Positions 9,950 to 19,104 of a stretch of 64,000 nt of DNA are shown in pieces (position 1 is the stretch's first letter; each line of letters starts with the position of its first letter). Source of the stretch: Dehalococcoidia bacterium. GTDB taxonomy: Bacteria > Chloroflexota > Dehalococcoidia > GIF9 > UBA5629. Location: the NCBI GenBank assembly GCA_050011565.1, contig JBEKIW010000001.1, positions 384,001 through 448,000 on the forward strand, written 5' to 3'. Made by a program: the position numbers and the translations under genes. Below the pieces are notes generated by a model, which was not told where the DNA came from, searched no databases, and saw only the letters and a program-made list of their open reading frames with translations.

Positions 9950-11391
9950 ATTTGGGTACTTGTATTTGTTTGGAATTTGGTACTTTTTAAATAGGCGTCT
10001 ATAGAGGTAACCGCTCGTTTTCCGGCACCCATGGCGCTGATAACGGTGGCAGAACCGGTGACGACATCACCACCCGCCCAGACCCCGTCTTTTACCGTCT
10101 TTCCGGTTTCCTCATCAGCCACTACAGTACCGTTTTTTCCAGTTTCCAGCCCTTTTGTGGTTGACGGAATGAGAGGATTGGGGGTAGTCCCGAGTGCCAC
10201 GATGGCAACATCAGATTCTATAATGAACTCGCTGCCCTCTTTTATGATGGGGCGGCGTCTACCGCTGGCATCAGATTCCCCAAGTTCCATCTCGTAGCAC
10301 TCAACCGCTGAAATCCAGCCCTCATCATTACCTATAAACCGTTTCGGGTTTACGAGGAACTTGAAGATAATCCCTTCTTCCTCAGCGTTTTCCACTTCCT
10401 CACGTCGTGCCGGCATCTCGACTCTGGAGCGACGATACAGAATGTAAACCTCATCGGCTCCAAGTCTCAGAGCACAACGAGCGGCATCCATGGCTACATT
10501 GCCACCGCCTATTACAGCTACCTTCTTTCCTATCTTTATCGGTGTATCATATTCAGGGAAGAGATAGGCTTTCATCAGGTTCACGCGTGTCAGGAACTCG
10601 TTGGCTGTGAATACTCCATTGAGGTTCTCACCGGGTATATTGAGCAGCATGGGCAGACCTGCGCCGGTACCCAGGAAGACCGCTTCATAGCCGCTGTCTA
10701 ATAATTCATCCACGGTGGCTAGTTTGCCCATCACTGAATCGAGCTTGATCTCCACGCCCAGTGACTTGACATAATCGACCTCTTCGTTGACAATGGCCTT
10801 GGGCAACCTGAACTCGGGGATACCGTATGTCAACACACCGCCGGCGACGTGGCTTGATTCGAAAATAGTTACCTGGTGACCCAGCCTGGCTAAATCGGCG
10901 GCACAGGTGAGTCCGGCAGGGCCAGAACCGATGACAGCCACTTTTTTACCCGTTGGCGGTGGCGGGTTTGGGGACGAAGTCTTTTCGGCTTTGTGTTCCC
11001 GTTCCCAATCTGCCACATATCTTTCCAGGCGGCCGATAGCAATCGGCGCTTTCTTTTTAGCCAGAGTGCAGACCTCCTCGCATTGTGACTCCTGAGGGCA
11101 GACGCGACCGCAGACGCCGGGCAGCGCGTTTTTGCTTTTTAGTATCCGAACTGCCTCAGGCATATTATTATCCCGAATTGCCTTAATGAAATCGGGGATG
11201 TCTACATTTACCGGACAGCCGCTGATGCAGGGATGCTTAGGGCATTGAATACATCTGACCGCTTCCTGGAGCGCCATATCCCACGTATAACCTTGTGCCA
11301 CTTCGTTAAAGTTTCTAGCCCTTACCTTCGGCTCCTGGCGGGGCATAGCCACTCTATTCAAATCAAGCTTTGGTTTGACTTTTTCTTCCAC
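9946..11391 (-). CDS. nfnB: NfnB/GltD-like large subunit of NADH-dependent ferredoxin:NADP+ oxidoreductase
   Basis: RCIQC..CISGCP, CGRVCPQESQCE, GSGPAG, YGIPEFRLPK, GGGNVAMD, YRRS; adjacent to nfnA; GTG start at 11391. Confidence 0.85.
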   Translation of the reverse strand: MEEKVKPKLDLNRVAMPRQEPKVRARNFNEVAQGYTWDMALQEAVRCIQCPKHPCISGCPVNVDIPDFIKAIRDNNMPEAVRILKSKNALPGVCGRVCPQESQCEEVCTLAKKKAPIAIGRLERYVADWEREHKAEKTSSPNPPPPTGKKVAVIGSGPAGLTCAADLARLGHQVTIFESSHVAGGVLTYGIPEFRLPKAIVNEEVDYVKSLGVEIKLDSVMGKLATVDELLDSGYEAVFLGTGAGLPMLLNIPGENLNGVFTANEFLTRVNLMKAYLFPEYDTPIKIGKKVAVIGGGNVAMDAARCALRLGADEVYILYRRSRVEMPARREEVENAEEEGIIFKFLVNPKRFIGNDEGWISAVECYEMELGESDASGRRRPIIKEGSEFIIESDVAIVALGTTPNPLIPSTTKGLETGKNGTVVADEETGKTVKDGVWAGGDVVTGSATVISAMGAGKRAVTSIDAYLKSTKFQTNTSTQI

Positions 11392-11393
11392 GC

Positions 11394-12236
11394 TTATTCT
11401 CCGGTCTGACCGTGGCGGGCTTTCCACAATTCAAGCGAGCGTTTTTCTTCATCGCAAAATATTCGCTGGCGTTTAAACAACAGGTCCCAATCGACGTGGT
11501 GCCCGTCGAATTCGGGCCCGTTGACACAGACAAACTTGGTAACTCCGTCTATGGAGACGCGGCAGCAGCCGCACATGCCGGTGCCATCGACCATAATGGC
11601 GTTGAGACTAACGATGGTGGTGACACCAAAAGGCTTGGTGGTTAAAGAGCAGAATTTCATCATTACCGCCGGGCCAATGGCGATAACACGGCTGATTCGC
11701 TTGCCTCGTTCCAGCACTTCCTTCAGTGGGCCAGTCACCAAGCCCTTTCGAGCGTAGGAGCCATCATCAGTGGTAATTATCAGTTCGTCGCTAACGCTTT
11801 GTAGCCGGTCTTCCCAGAAGAGAAGGTCTTTGCTTCGGGCACCCATTATGGTGATAACCTCATTTCCCGCTTGTTTAAGGGCTCTGGCTACGGGAAATAC
11901 CGGGGCCACGCCCACGCCCCCGCCAACGCAGACTACGGTGCCGAAATTCTCTATCTCCGAGGGCAATCCTAAAGGACCGCTCAAGTCCAGTATATAGTCG
12001 CCAGCATTTAGAGCAGCGAATTTATAGGTAGTGGTTCCCACTCGCATTGCCACCAGGCTGAGGGTTCCTTCTTTCTCGTCCCAATCAGCTAAGGTAAGTG
12101 GAATGCGTTCGCCAACCTCATCAACACGGATAACTACGAATTGGCCTGCTTTAGCCTTTTTGGCTACGGCAGGCGCCTCGACTTTGACGAAGTCAATTAC
12201 AGGACATAGCTTTTCTTTAGCCACAATCTTAAACAT
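11394..12236 (-). CDS. nfnA: NfnA small subunit (FAD/[2Fe-2S])
   Basis: GERIPLT, GGGVGVAP, MVDGTGMCGCCRV..KFVCVNGPEFDG. Confidence 0.88.
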   Translation of the reverse strand: MFKIVAKEKLCPVIDFVKVEAPAVAKKAKAGQFVVIRVDEVGERIPLTLADWDEKEGTLSLVAMRVGTTTYKFAALNAGDYILDLSGPLGLPSEIENFGTVVCVGGGVGVAPVFPVARALKQAGNEVITIMGARSKDLLFWEDRLQSVSDELIITTDDGSYARKGLVTGPLKEVLERGKRISRVIAIGPAVMMKFCSLTTKPFGVTTIVSLNAIMVDGTGMCGCCRVSIDGVTKFVCVNGPEFDGHHVDWDLLFKRQRIFCDEEKRSLELWKARHGQTGE

Positions 12237-12270
12237 AAATGCCCCCAATGAGACTGATTTGTCTCTTTGT

Positions 12271-13995
12271 CTAAGAACGCACCAAGGTCTTGATAGCCTT
12301 GCCTTCCGGGCCGGCCATCATGCGGGCCACAGAAAATCTGAGGTCACAGCCCATGCACCGCTTTGCCTCTTCTTGTCCCAGGTCGTCGCTGAAACCGAGT
12401 TCCACCTGGTTAAAGTTACGAATCTGCTTAGCTGGCTTCGCTGCCGGCATCTCTTGCCGCCGCCGTTGAGCGAAGTTATCAATTCTACCCACACGCGGTA
12501 CGCCCTCGGTTATTGGCGCTAGAACCTCGCTTATATTTCCGCTGCTGCCTAAATACCGGTCGATAGAGACGGCTGCTTGTCTACCCGCTGCCACAGCTTC
12601 AATAAATGATACTTTTCCGGTAAACGCATTACCGCCGGTAAAGACGCCTTTTCTACCTTTTCCCCCAGCTACTTCTGTGGTTTCCTCCGTGACGCCGGTA
12701 GCCAGAAGAACAGCGTCGAAGCCTTTCTCAAATAACTTATCAATAGATACTACTTTCGATTGAGTCTTTATTTTAATACCCAGCTTTAACAAGCCTTCTA
12801 TCTCAGCATTCAGGATATCGCTAGGCAGAACATATTCAGGTATTTCTCGCATCATGCCACCAGGCTGACTAAGACTCTCAAACACAGTCACGTCATGTCC
12901 GCCCTTTTTGGCCAGGTAATAAGCTGCGGTAAGTCCTGCGGGCCCTGAGCCGACGATAGCTATCTTTTTGCCTGATGGCGCAACTCTTGAGCCATCTAAG
13001 GGTTCGTACTTACCGGAGCGTTCGACGGCGAAGCGCTCCAAGTCTCTAATGGCAACAGGCTGGTCGAGGTCGCCGCGGCGGCAGGCACCTTCACTTTCGC
13101 AAGGATGCTCACAAATCAGGCTGCAGACAGCCGCAAATGGGACACTCTCGCGAATAACAGCGACCGCCTCCGCATATTTTTTTCCTCTGATGAAGCGTAT
13201 GAAGCGGGGCACATCCATCCTGGCGGGACAGTTATATTTGCAACGAACAGAAAGAGCTTCACGCTCATCCCCTCGATTCCATTTATCGCCGCGGTCCATA
13301 AGTGCGCCTGTAGGACATACCTCTACACAGGAGCCGCAGAACGTACATCCTGACTCGATAAGAGGTTTACCGAAGGCGCCGCCGATATAGGTCCTGGCTC
13401 CCCGCAGATTGAAGGCAATAGCTTCAAAGCCCAATATCTCCTGGTCGACTCTAATACAGCGACCGCACAGAATACAAAGGTTGTTGTTGCGCACGATGAA
13501 AGGATTCTCCATTTCCACGGGCAGTCCTTTGGAAGTATAGGGGAAGGGCATTGTTTCGAGGCCAATGAAATCAGCCACTTTCTGGAGTTCACAGTGTCTA
13601 TTTTTGGGGCAGGTGACACAACGTTCGGTTACTGCTACATTACGCAGGCAAATATCGAACGGCTGGCAGCGCTCCTTTCGCCAGCAAGTGAGACATTCGT
13701 GTGGATGTCTGGCCAGCATTATTTCGAGAATTTCTCGGCGCAGGCAGTTGACTTCAGGCGTATTGCTATGAACCACCATACCATCGGCTGCCGGCTCACT
13801 GCATGCGGTAATAGTGCCCCGTCTGCCTTCTATTTGGACCTGGCAGAGCCGGCAAGCCCCGAAAGGCAGCTTAATGTCTCGTAATACGCAAAGGTTAGGT
13901 ATATAAATACCGGCATCCAGCGCCGCTTCCAGAATCCTTTTGCCTCTGGTAGTCTTAACCTGTATACCGTCTATAGTTAAATTTATCGTATCCAT
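12271..13995 (-). CDS. Fusion of NuoG/HydA-type N-terminal Fe-S domains with an internally shortened GltD-like flavoprotein
   Basis: IPNLC..GACRLC [2Fe-2S]; CILCGRC and CTFCGSCVEVCP; CKYNCPA..CSLICEHPCE; GSGPAG; C-terminal EAKRCMGCD. Confidence 0.85.
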   Translation of the reverse strand: MDTINLTIDGIQVKTTRGKRILEAALDAGIYIPNLCVLRDIKLPFGACRLCQVQIEGRRGTITACSEPAADGMVVHSNTPEVNCLRREILEIMLARHPHECLTCWRKERCQPFDICLRNVAVTERCVTCPKNRHCELQKVADFIGLETMPFPYTSKGLPVEMENPFIVRNNNLCILCGRCIRVDQEILGFEAIAFNLRGARTYIGGAFGKPLIESGCTFCGSCVEVCPTGALMDRGDKWNRGDEREALSVRCKYNCPARMDVPRFIRFIRGKKYAEAVAVIRESVPFAAVCSLICEHPCESEGACRRGDLDQPVAIRDLERFAVERSGKYEPLDGSRVAPSGKKIAIVGSGPAGLTAAYYLAKKGGHDVTVFESLSQPGGMMREIPEYVLPSDILNAEIEGLLKLGIKIKTQSKVVSIDKLFEKGFDAVLLATGVTEETTEVAGGKGRKGVFTGGNAFTGKVSFIEAVAAGRQAAVSIDRYLGSSGNISEVLAPITEGVPRVGRIDNFAQRRRQEMPAAKPAKQIRNFNQVELGFSDDLGQEEAKRCMGCDLRFSVARMMAGPEGKAIKTLVRS

Positions 13996-14013
13996 TGTTT
14001 ACCGTCACTTCTA

Positions 14014-15870
14014 CTATGTGCCGACCGGTACCGGCTCTTTAGGCACCGTAATATGTTCTCCAGTCACCTTAACTACGGCGCTGAAGCGGTCGGGGCACTT
14101 CTCGAGGCAAGTGGCGCATTTGATGCATTTTTCCTGGTCGATGACATGTATCATTCTCTTGCCGCCGCTGATCGCCTCGACGGGGCAAGCCCTGGCACAG
14201 ATACCACAGCCAGCACATTTATCGGGCAGTATATAAAAGTTTATAAGAGACCGGCATACCAGTGCCGGACATATTTTATCAATGACATGAGCCTTCCACT
14301 CGTCCTCAAAATAGCGAATACTCGATAGCACCGGGTTGGGTGCAGTGGTTCCCAGCCCGCAGAGGGAGCCGCTACGTATTGTCCCGCCCAAATTAATCAG
14401 GCGCTTGATATCATCCGGCTCTCCTTCACCTTGAGTTATTTTCTTCATGATGTCAATCATCAAGGGCAGCCCTTCACGGCATGGTACACACTTACCGCAG
14501 GATTCGTTGGAACAGAACTTGAGGAAGAATTGTGCCAGGTCTACCATGCAGGTGTCCGTGTCCATTACGACCATGCCACCGGACCCCATCATAGAGCCGG
14601 CTTGAGTTAACGATTCGAAGTCGATAGGTAGGTCTAATAAAGTCTCCGGTAAACAACCGCCTGAGGGGCCACCTGTTTGGACTGCTTTGAATTTTTTACC
14701 CTCCTGGACGCCGCCTCCGATATCGAAGACGACCTCGCGGAGAATGGTTCCCATTGGTACTTCGATCAAACCGCTATTAGCTATCTTCCCCGTAATGGCA
14801 AAAACGGCGGTTCCTTTGCTGCCCTCGGTGCCTATGCTTCTGAACCAGTCGGCCCCTCTATTTATAATAAGAGGCACAGTGGCGTATGTTTTGACATTAT
14901 TCAGAGAAGTGGGTTTGCTCCAGAGTCCTGAGGCTACCGACCGCGGAGGTCTTACCCGTGGCATTCCTCTTTTGCCTTCTATTGAGTACATAAGGGCACT
15001 ACCTTCGCCACAGACAAAGGCACCGGCACCCTGCATTATCTCGACATCGAAGCTGAACTCGCCGCCCATGATATTGCTTCCCATCAGCTTTTGCTCTTTG
15101 GCCTGCACTATAGCCATACGCAACCGTTTCACCGCCAGGGGATACTCTGCACGAACGTATATATAACCGTAGGGCGTGCCGATGGCATAGCCGGCGATAG
15201 CCATTCCTTCGAGAACAGAATGAGGGTCGGCTTCCAGGACTGAGCGGTCCATGAAGGCACCCGGGTCACCTTCATCGCCATTGCAAACCACATATTTTGG
15301 CTGCTCTTTTGCTTTATACGCCTCCTCCCATTTTTTTCCTGTTGGGAATCCGGCGCCACCTCTACCCCGCAGTCCCGAACGGGTAATCTCCTCGATAATT
15401 TGTGGGGGCTTCATTTCGAATATGGCTTTTTTAAGTGCCGCGTAGCCACCAGTAGCCAGATAGTCGTCAATTTTTTCCGGGTTGATATGCCCGCAGTTGC
15501 GCAATATGAGGCGTTGTTGTCGGCTGTAAAATGGAACATCCTTATACAGGGAAATAGCTTCGCCTGTGACAGGGTTATGATAAAACAATCGTTCTACGTA
15601 TTTTCCGTCTACAATGTGGGATTTCAGGATTTCCGGCACATCTTCTTCTTTAACCTGGGTATAAAAGACACCCTCAGGCTCTACGATTACAATGGGGCCT
15701 TGCTGACAAAAACCGTGACAGCCGGTAAATTTTACCTGGACATTTTTTGACAGCTCTAGCTGCTTAATCTGGGTCTCAAGCGCCTGAGTAATTTTGTCAG
15801 ATTTAGAAGATTCACAGCCTGTTGACTGGCAAACCAGGATTTTATACTCATTATTCAGTCGCGTTTCCAT
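14014..15870 (-). CDS. NuoF/HydB-like flavin Fe-S subunit (copy 2)
   Basis: GLRGRGGAGFP, NGDEGDPGAFMD, GGPSGG, ESCGKCVPCREG, C-terminal 2x[4Fe-4S]. Confidence 0.92.
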   Translation of the reverse strand: METRLNNEYKILVCQSTGCESSKSDKITQALETQIKQLELSKNVQVKFTGCHGFCQQGPIVIVEPEGVFYTQVKEEDVPEILKSHIVDGKYVERLFYHNPVTGEAISLYKDVPFYSRQQRLILRNCGHINPEKIDDYLATGGYAALKKAIFEMKPPQIIEEITRSGLRGRGGAGFPTGKKWEEAYKAKEQPKYVVCNGDEGDPGAFMDRSVLEADPHSVLEGMAIAGYAIGTPYGYIYVRAEYPLAVKRLRMAIVQAKEQKLMGSNIMGGEFSFDVEIMQGAGAFVCGEGSALMYSIEGKRGMPRVRPPRSVASGLWSKPTSLNNVKTYATVPLIINRGADWFRSIGTEGSKGTAVFAITGKIANSGLIEVPMGTILREVVFDIGGGVQEGKKFKAVQTGGPSGGCLPETLLDLPIDFESLTQAGSMMGSGGMVVMDTDTCMVDLAQFFLKFCSNESCGKCVPCREGLPLMIDIMKKITQGEGEPDDIKRLINLGGTIRSGSLCGLGTTAPNPVLSSIRYFEDEWKAHVIDKICPALVCRSLINFYILPDKCAGCGICARACPVEAISGGKRMIHVIDQEKCIKCATCLEKCPDRFSAVVKVTGEHITVPKEPVPVGT

Positions 15871-16355
15871 TACGAGTTAGAGATCTCCTCTTGTCTGGCT
15901 GTTTTTGGGAAAAGCTGTTCGACTTCATTGGTTGTTAATTTGCCATGCGTGTCTTCGTTTATTCTCAATGTCGGGGCGAGTGCACAGGCTCCTATGCAAG
16001 CCACGGTCTCAAGACTATATTGCAGGTCAGGTGTCGTTTCCCCCGCTTTAATACCGATGGCGCGTTCAATAGCTTCCAGGATTCTGGCGCCTCCGCGCAC
16101 ATGGCAGGCAGTACCCTGGCATACCGCAACATGTTTTTTGCCTATAGGGGTTGTCCTGAATTGTGCATAGAAGCTGGCTACGCCGTAGACTACATTTGCT
16201 GATAGACCTGCAATGCGTCCGATTTCCTCCATTGCCACTTCTGGTAAATAGCCAAATTTATCTTGCACAGCCTGTAGAGCTGGTATCAATATGACCTGAC
16301 GACCTTGAAAGGGGGCAAGTATCTCTCTCATCTGTTCTATTAAATCGGTTGTCAT
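15870..16355 (-). CDS. NuoE/HydC-like [2Fe-2S] subunit (copy 2)
   Basis: VCQGTACHVRG, VACIGACALAP. Confidence 0.92.
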   Translation of the reverse strand: MTTDLIEQMREILAPFQGRQVILIPALQAVQDKFGYLPEVAMEEIGRIAGLSANVVYGVASFYAQFRTTPIGKKHVAVCQGTACHVRGGARILEAIERAIGIKAGETTPDLQYSLETVACIGACALAPTLRINEDTHGKLTTNEVEQLFPKTARQEEISNS

Positions 16356-16376
16356 GGTATTGCTACCTTCCGGATG

Positions 16377-19091
16377 TCACCGGCGAGCCCGGCTGTTTTT
16401 TCGAACCCGCTCGATGCGAACAGCACAAACTTTAAACTCTGGGATTTTAGCTACCGGGTCTAATGCCGCGTTGGTTAATAGATTGGCAGCACTCTCAGCG
16501 AAATGGAAAGTCATGTAGACAACTTTCGGCGGTGATTCCTCAGTGACTTTTGCCTTAGTTATTACCTCGCCACGGCGCGAAACCACCTTGACTTTGTCGC
16601 CGTCTTTAATTTTCAGCGAAGATGCATCTGACGGATTTATCTCTATAACTCCCTCAGGTTCAATGGTATTGAGTCCGGCAACCTTACGCGTCATGGTGCC
16701 GGTGTGATAGTGATACAGATTTCGTCCTGTGGTAAGTACCAAAGGATATTCTTTGTCAGGTAATTCGGCAGGCGGCTTGTATTGCAGCGGTGCGAATTTT
16801 CCCAGACCGCAGACAAATCTACCCACGTGCAATATGGGCGTCCCCGGGTGGTCTTTAGTTGGACAAGGCCATTGCAGACCACATTCTTCCAGCCGCTCAT
16901 AGATGACGCCACCGTAGCTGGGCGTCAATCTTGCAATTTCTTCCATTATCTCAGACGGATTCTCGAAGTCGAAATCCTTGTCGGACATTTTCCTGGCTAG
17001 CTGACATATAATCCACCAGTCAGGCTTGGAGTTGCCCACGGGTTCTATTGCTTTCCTAACTCGTTGTATACGTCGTTCGGTATTGGTAAAGGTGCCATTT
17101 TTTTCGGCGAAGCTGACCGCCGGTAAAACAACGTCAGCCAGACGGGCAGTTTCGGTGAGAAAGAGGTCCTGAACTACCAGGAACTCGAGTTTTTTCAGTG
17201 CCTTCTCAGTGTGATTGGCATCGGCATCGCTCAATATCGGGTTTTCTCCCATTACATAGATAGCTTTAATTTTCCCATCGTAAGCGGCATCGAGCATTTC
17301 AGTTAAGGTTAGTCCCGGAGTTGGATTTAAGTCGCTTCTCCAGGCAATCTCAAACTTTTTTTGAATGTCCGGGTTGTCGACTCTTTGGTAACCGGTGTAA
17401 ACATTAGGCAAAGCGCCCATGTCACATGCACCTTGTACATTGTTCTGCCCTCGCAGAGGATTTACGCCGGTTGACGGCCTACCCATATTGCCGGTTAACA
17501 TGGCCAGGTTGGCGACTGCCATCACGTTGTCCGTGCCGTGACTATGCTGGGTAATGCCCATGGCATAGATTATGGTTGCCGGTTTACATGTAGCATATAA
17601 TCTAGCTCCCTCAGCGATGGTATCTCGCGGCACCCCTGTAGTCTTTTCCACGAAATCGAGGTCGAAATTCTGCAATGATTCCTTGAAGGCATCGAAGTTG
17701 TCGCAACATTCACTGATGAAGCTCAAATCAGCCAATCCCTCGTCCAATATAACCTTCATCATGCCCATAAGCAGAGCCACATCACTGCCCGGAACCTGTC
17801 GCAGCCATACGTCAGCATGTCGGCAAAGCTCAATCTCTCGAGGATTGGCAACAATAAGCCTGCCACCATTACGCACCGCCTTCTTTATCTCCAGTGCAAT
17901 TACCGGATGCCCGGCGGTAGTATTACTGCCTATGACTAAGATGCAGGCAGCATCTTTGATCTCACTTATAGAGTTTGTCATAGCACCGCTTCCGAAACTG
18001 GCGGCCAGACCGGCCACCGTTGGGGAATGTCAGAGACGGGCACAGTGGTCCACATTGTTGGTTTGCATCACCATTCTCGTGAACTTTTGTGCCACGTAAT
18101 TCTCTTCGTTCGTGCACTTAGCAGAAGCGATAAAAGCAAATTGATTTCCCTTATATTTATTCAGCTTATCGGCTACCATGTCAAAGGCCTCGTCCCAGTT
18201 TACCTCAACAAGTTCACCATTTCTTCGTACTAAAGGCGTAGTCAGGCGTTCAGAATGATGAACGAATTCGGCTATGCCAAAACGACCTTTGACGCAGGCC
18301 TGGCCCTGGTTGACTGAGTTTTCTAGGACAGGAACTGAGCGCGAGACCTTGCCTCCGTTTACTTCGAGGCTTAGCTGGCAGCCGACTCCGCAATAAGGGC
18401 ATGTGCTGACCACTGAGCGTTCGGGTATTCCCAGCCATTTGCTGGAACGGTCAATCAGGGCGCCCGTGGGACAAACATCAACACAAGCTCCACAGAATTG
18501 ACATCCCGAGTCCAGTAGCGTCTTATTAAAAGCGGTGCCAACTAGTGCCTGGCTGCCACGATAGGTAAAAGCTATTGCCCCATTCCCTCTTACTTCCTGG
18601 CAGACCCTGACGCAGCGCCCGCAGAGTACACACAGGTTATAGTCTCGCTCAAAGAATGGGCTGTCCTGGTAAACCGGTAAATCTTTGCGAATAGGTGGCA
18701 GGGTAAGCTCCTCTACTCCGATACGGGAGGCAAGCTCTTGCAGTTCACAACGTAGATTCTTAGGGCAGGTAAGGCATTGCTGTGGGTGTTCAGCCAGGAT
18801 GAGTTCAAAAATGTTGCGTCTCAGTTCGCGGAGCTGAAGCGTATTGGTTCGTACTGTCATGTCTTTAGTAATTGGCGTAGTGCAGGCGGTGGGAAATCCT
18901 CGCAAATTCTCAATCTCCACGATGCACAATCGGCAAGCTCCGTATGGAGTGAGACTGGGATGGTAACACAGGGTTGGAATATAAATACCCGCCTGGCGAG
19001 CTGCCTCAAGTACGGTGGCGCCTTCCTTCGCCTTGACCGCTTGCCCGTCTATAGTCAGGTTTATAACCTTTGTTTCTTCACCTACAACCAT
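16377..19091 (-). CDS. fdhA: Formate dehydrogenase alpha subunit, selenocysteine-containing (904 aa)
   Basis: Two track ORFs share one frame, joined by TGA at 18030-18032 giving VDHCARL-U-HSPTVAGL; CPYCGVGC, PLRGQNNVQG; N-terminal Fe-S domains. Confidence 0.93.
18000..18029 (-). promoter_or_regulatory. Bacterial SECIS element
   Basis: GGUGGCC-GGUCU-GGCCGCC hairpin starting 11 nt 3' of the UGA, like the fdhF SECIS. Confidence 0.8.
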
Positions 19092-19104
19092 AATTAGCTT
19101 CCTG

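Noticed and set aside
16377-19091. fdhA as a split gene or pseudogene
   Set aside because: The stop is UGA at the conserved Sec position with a SECIS hairpin
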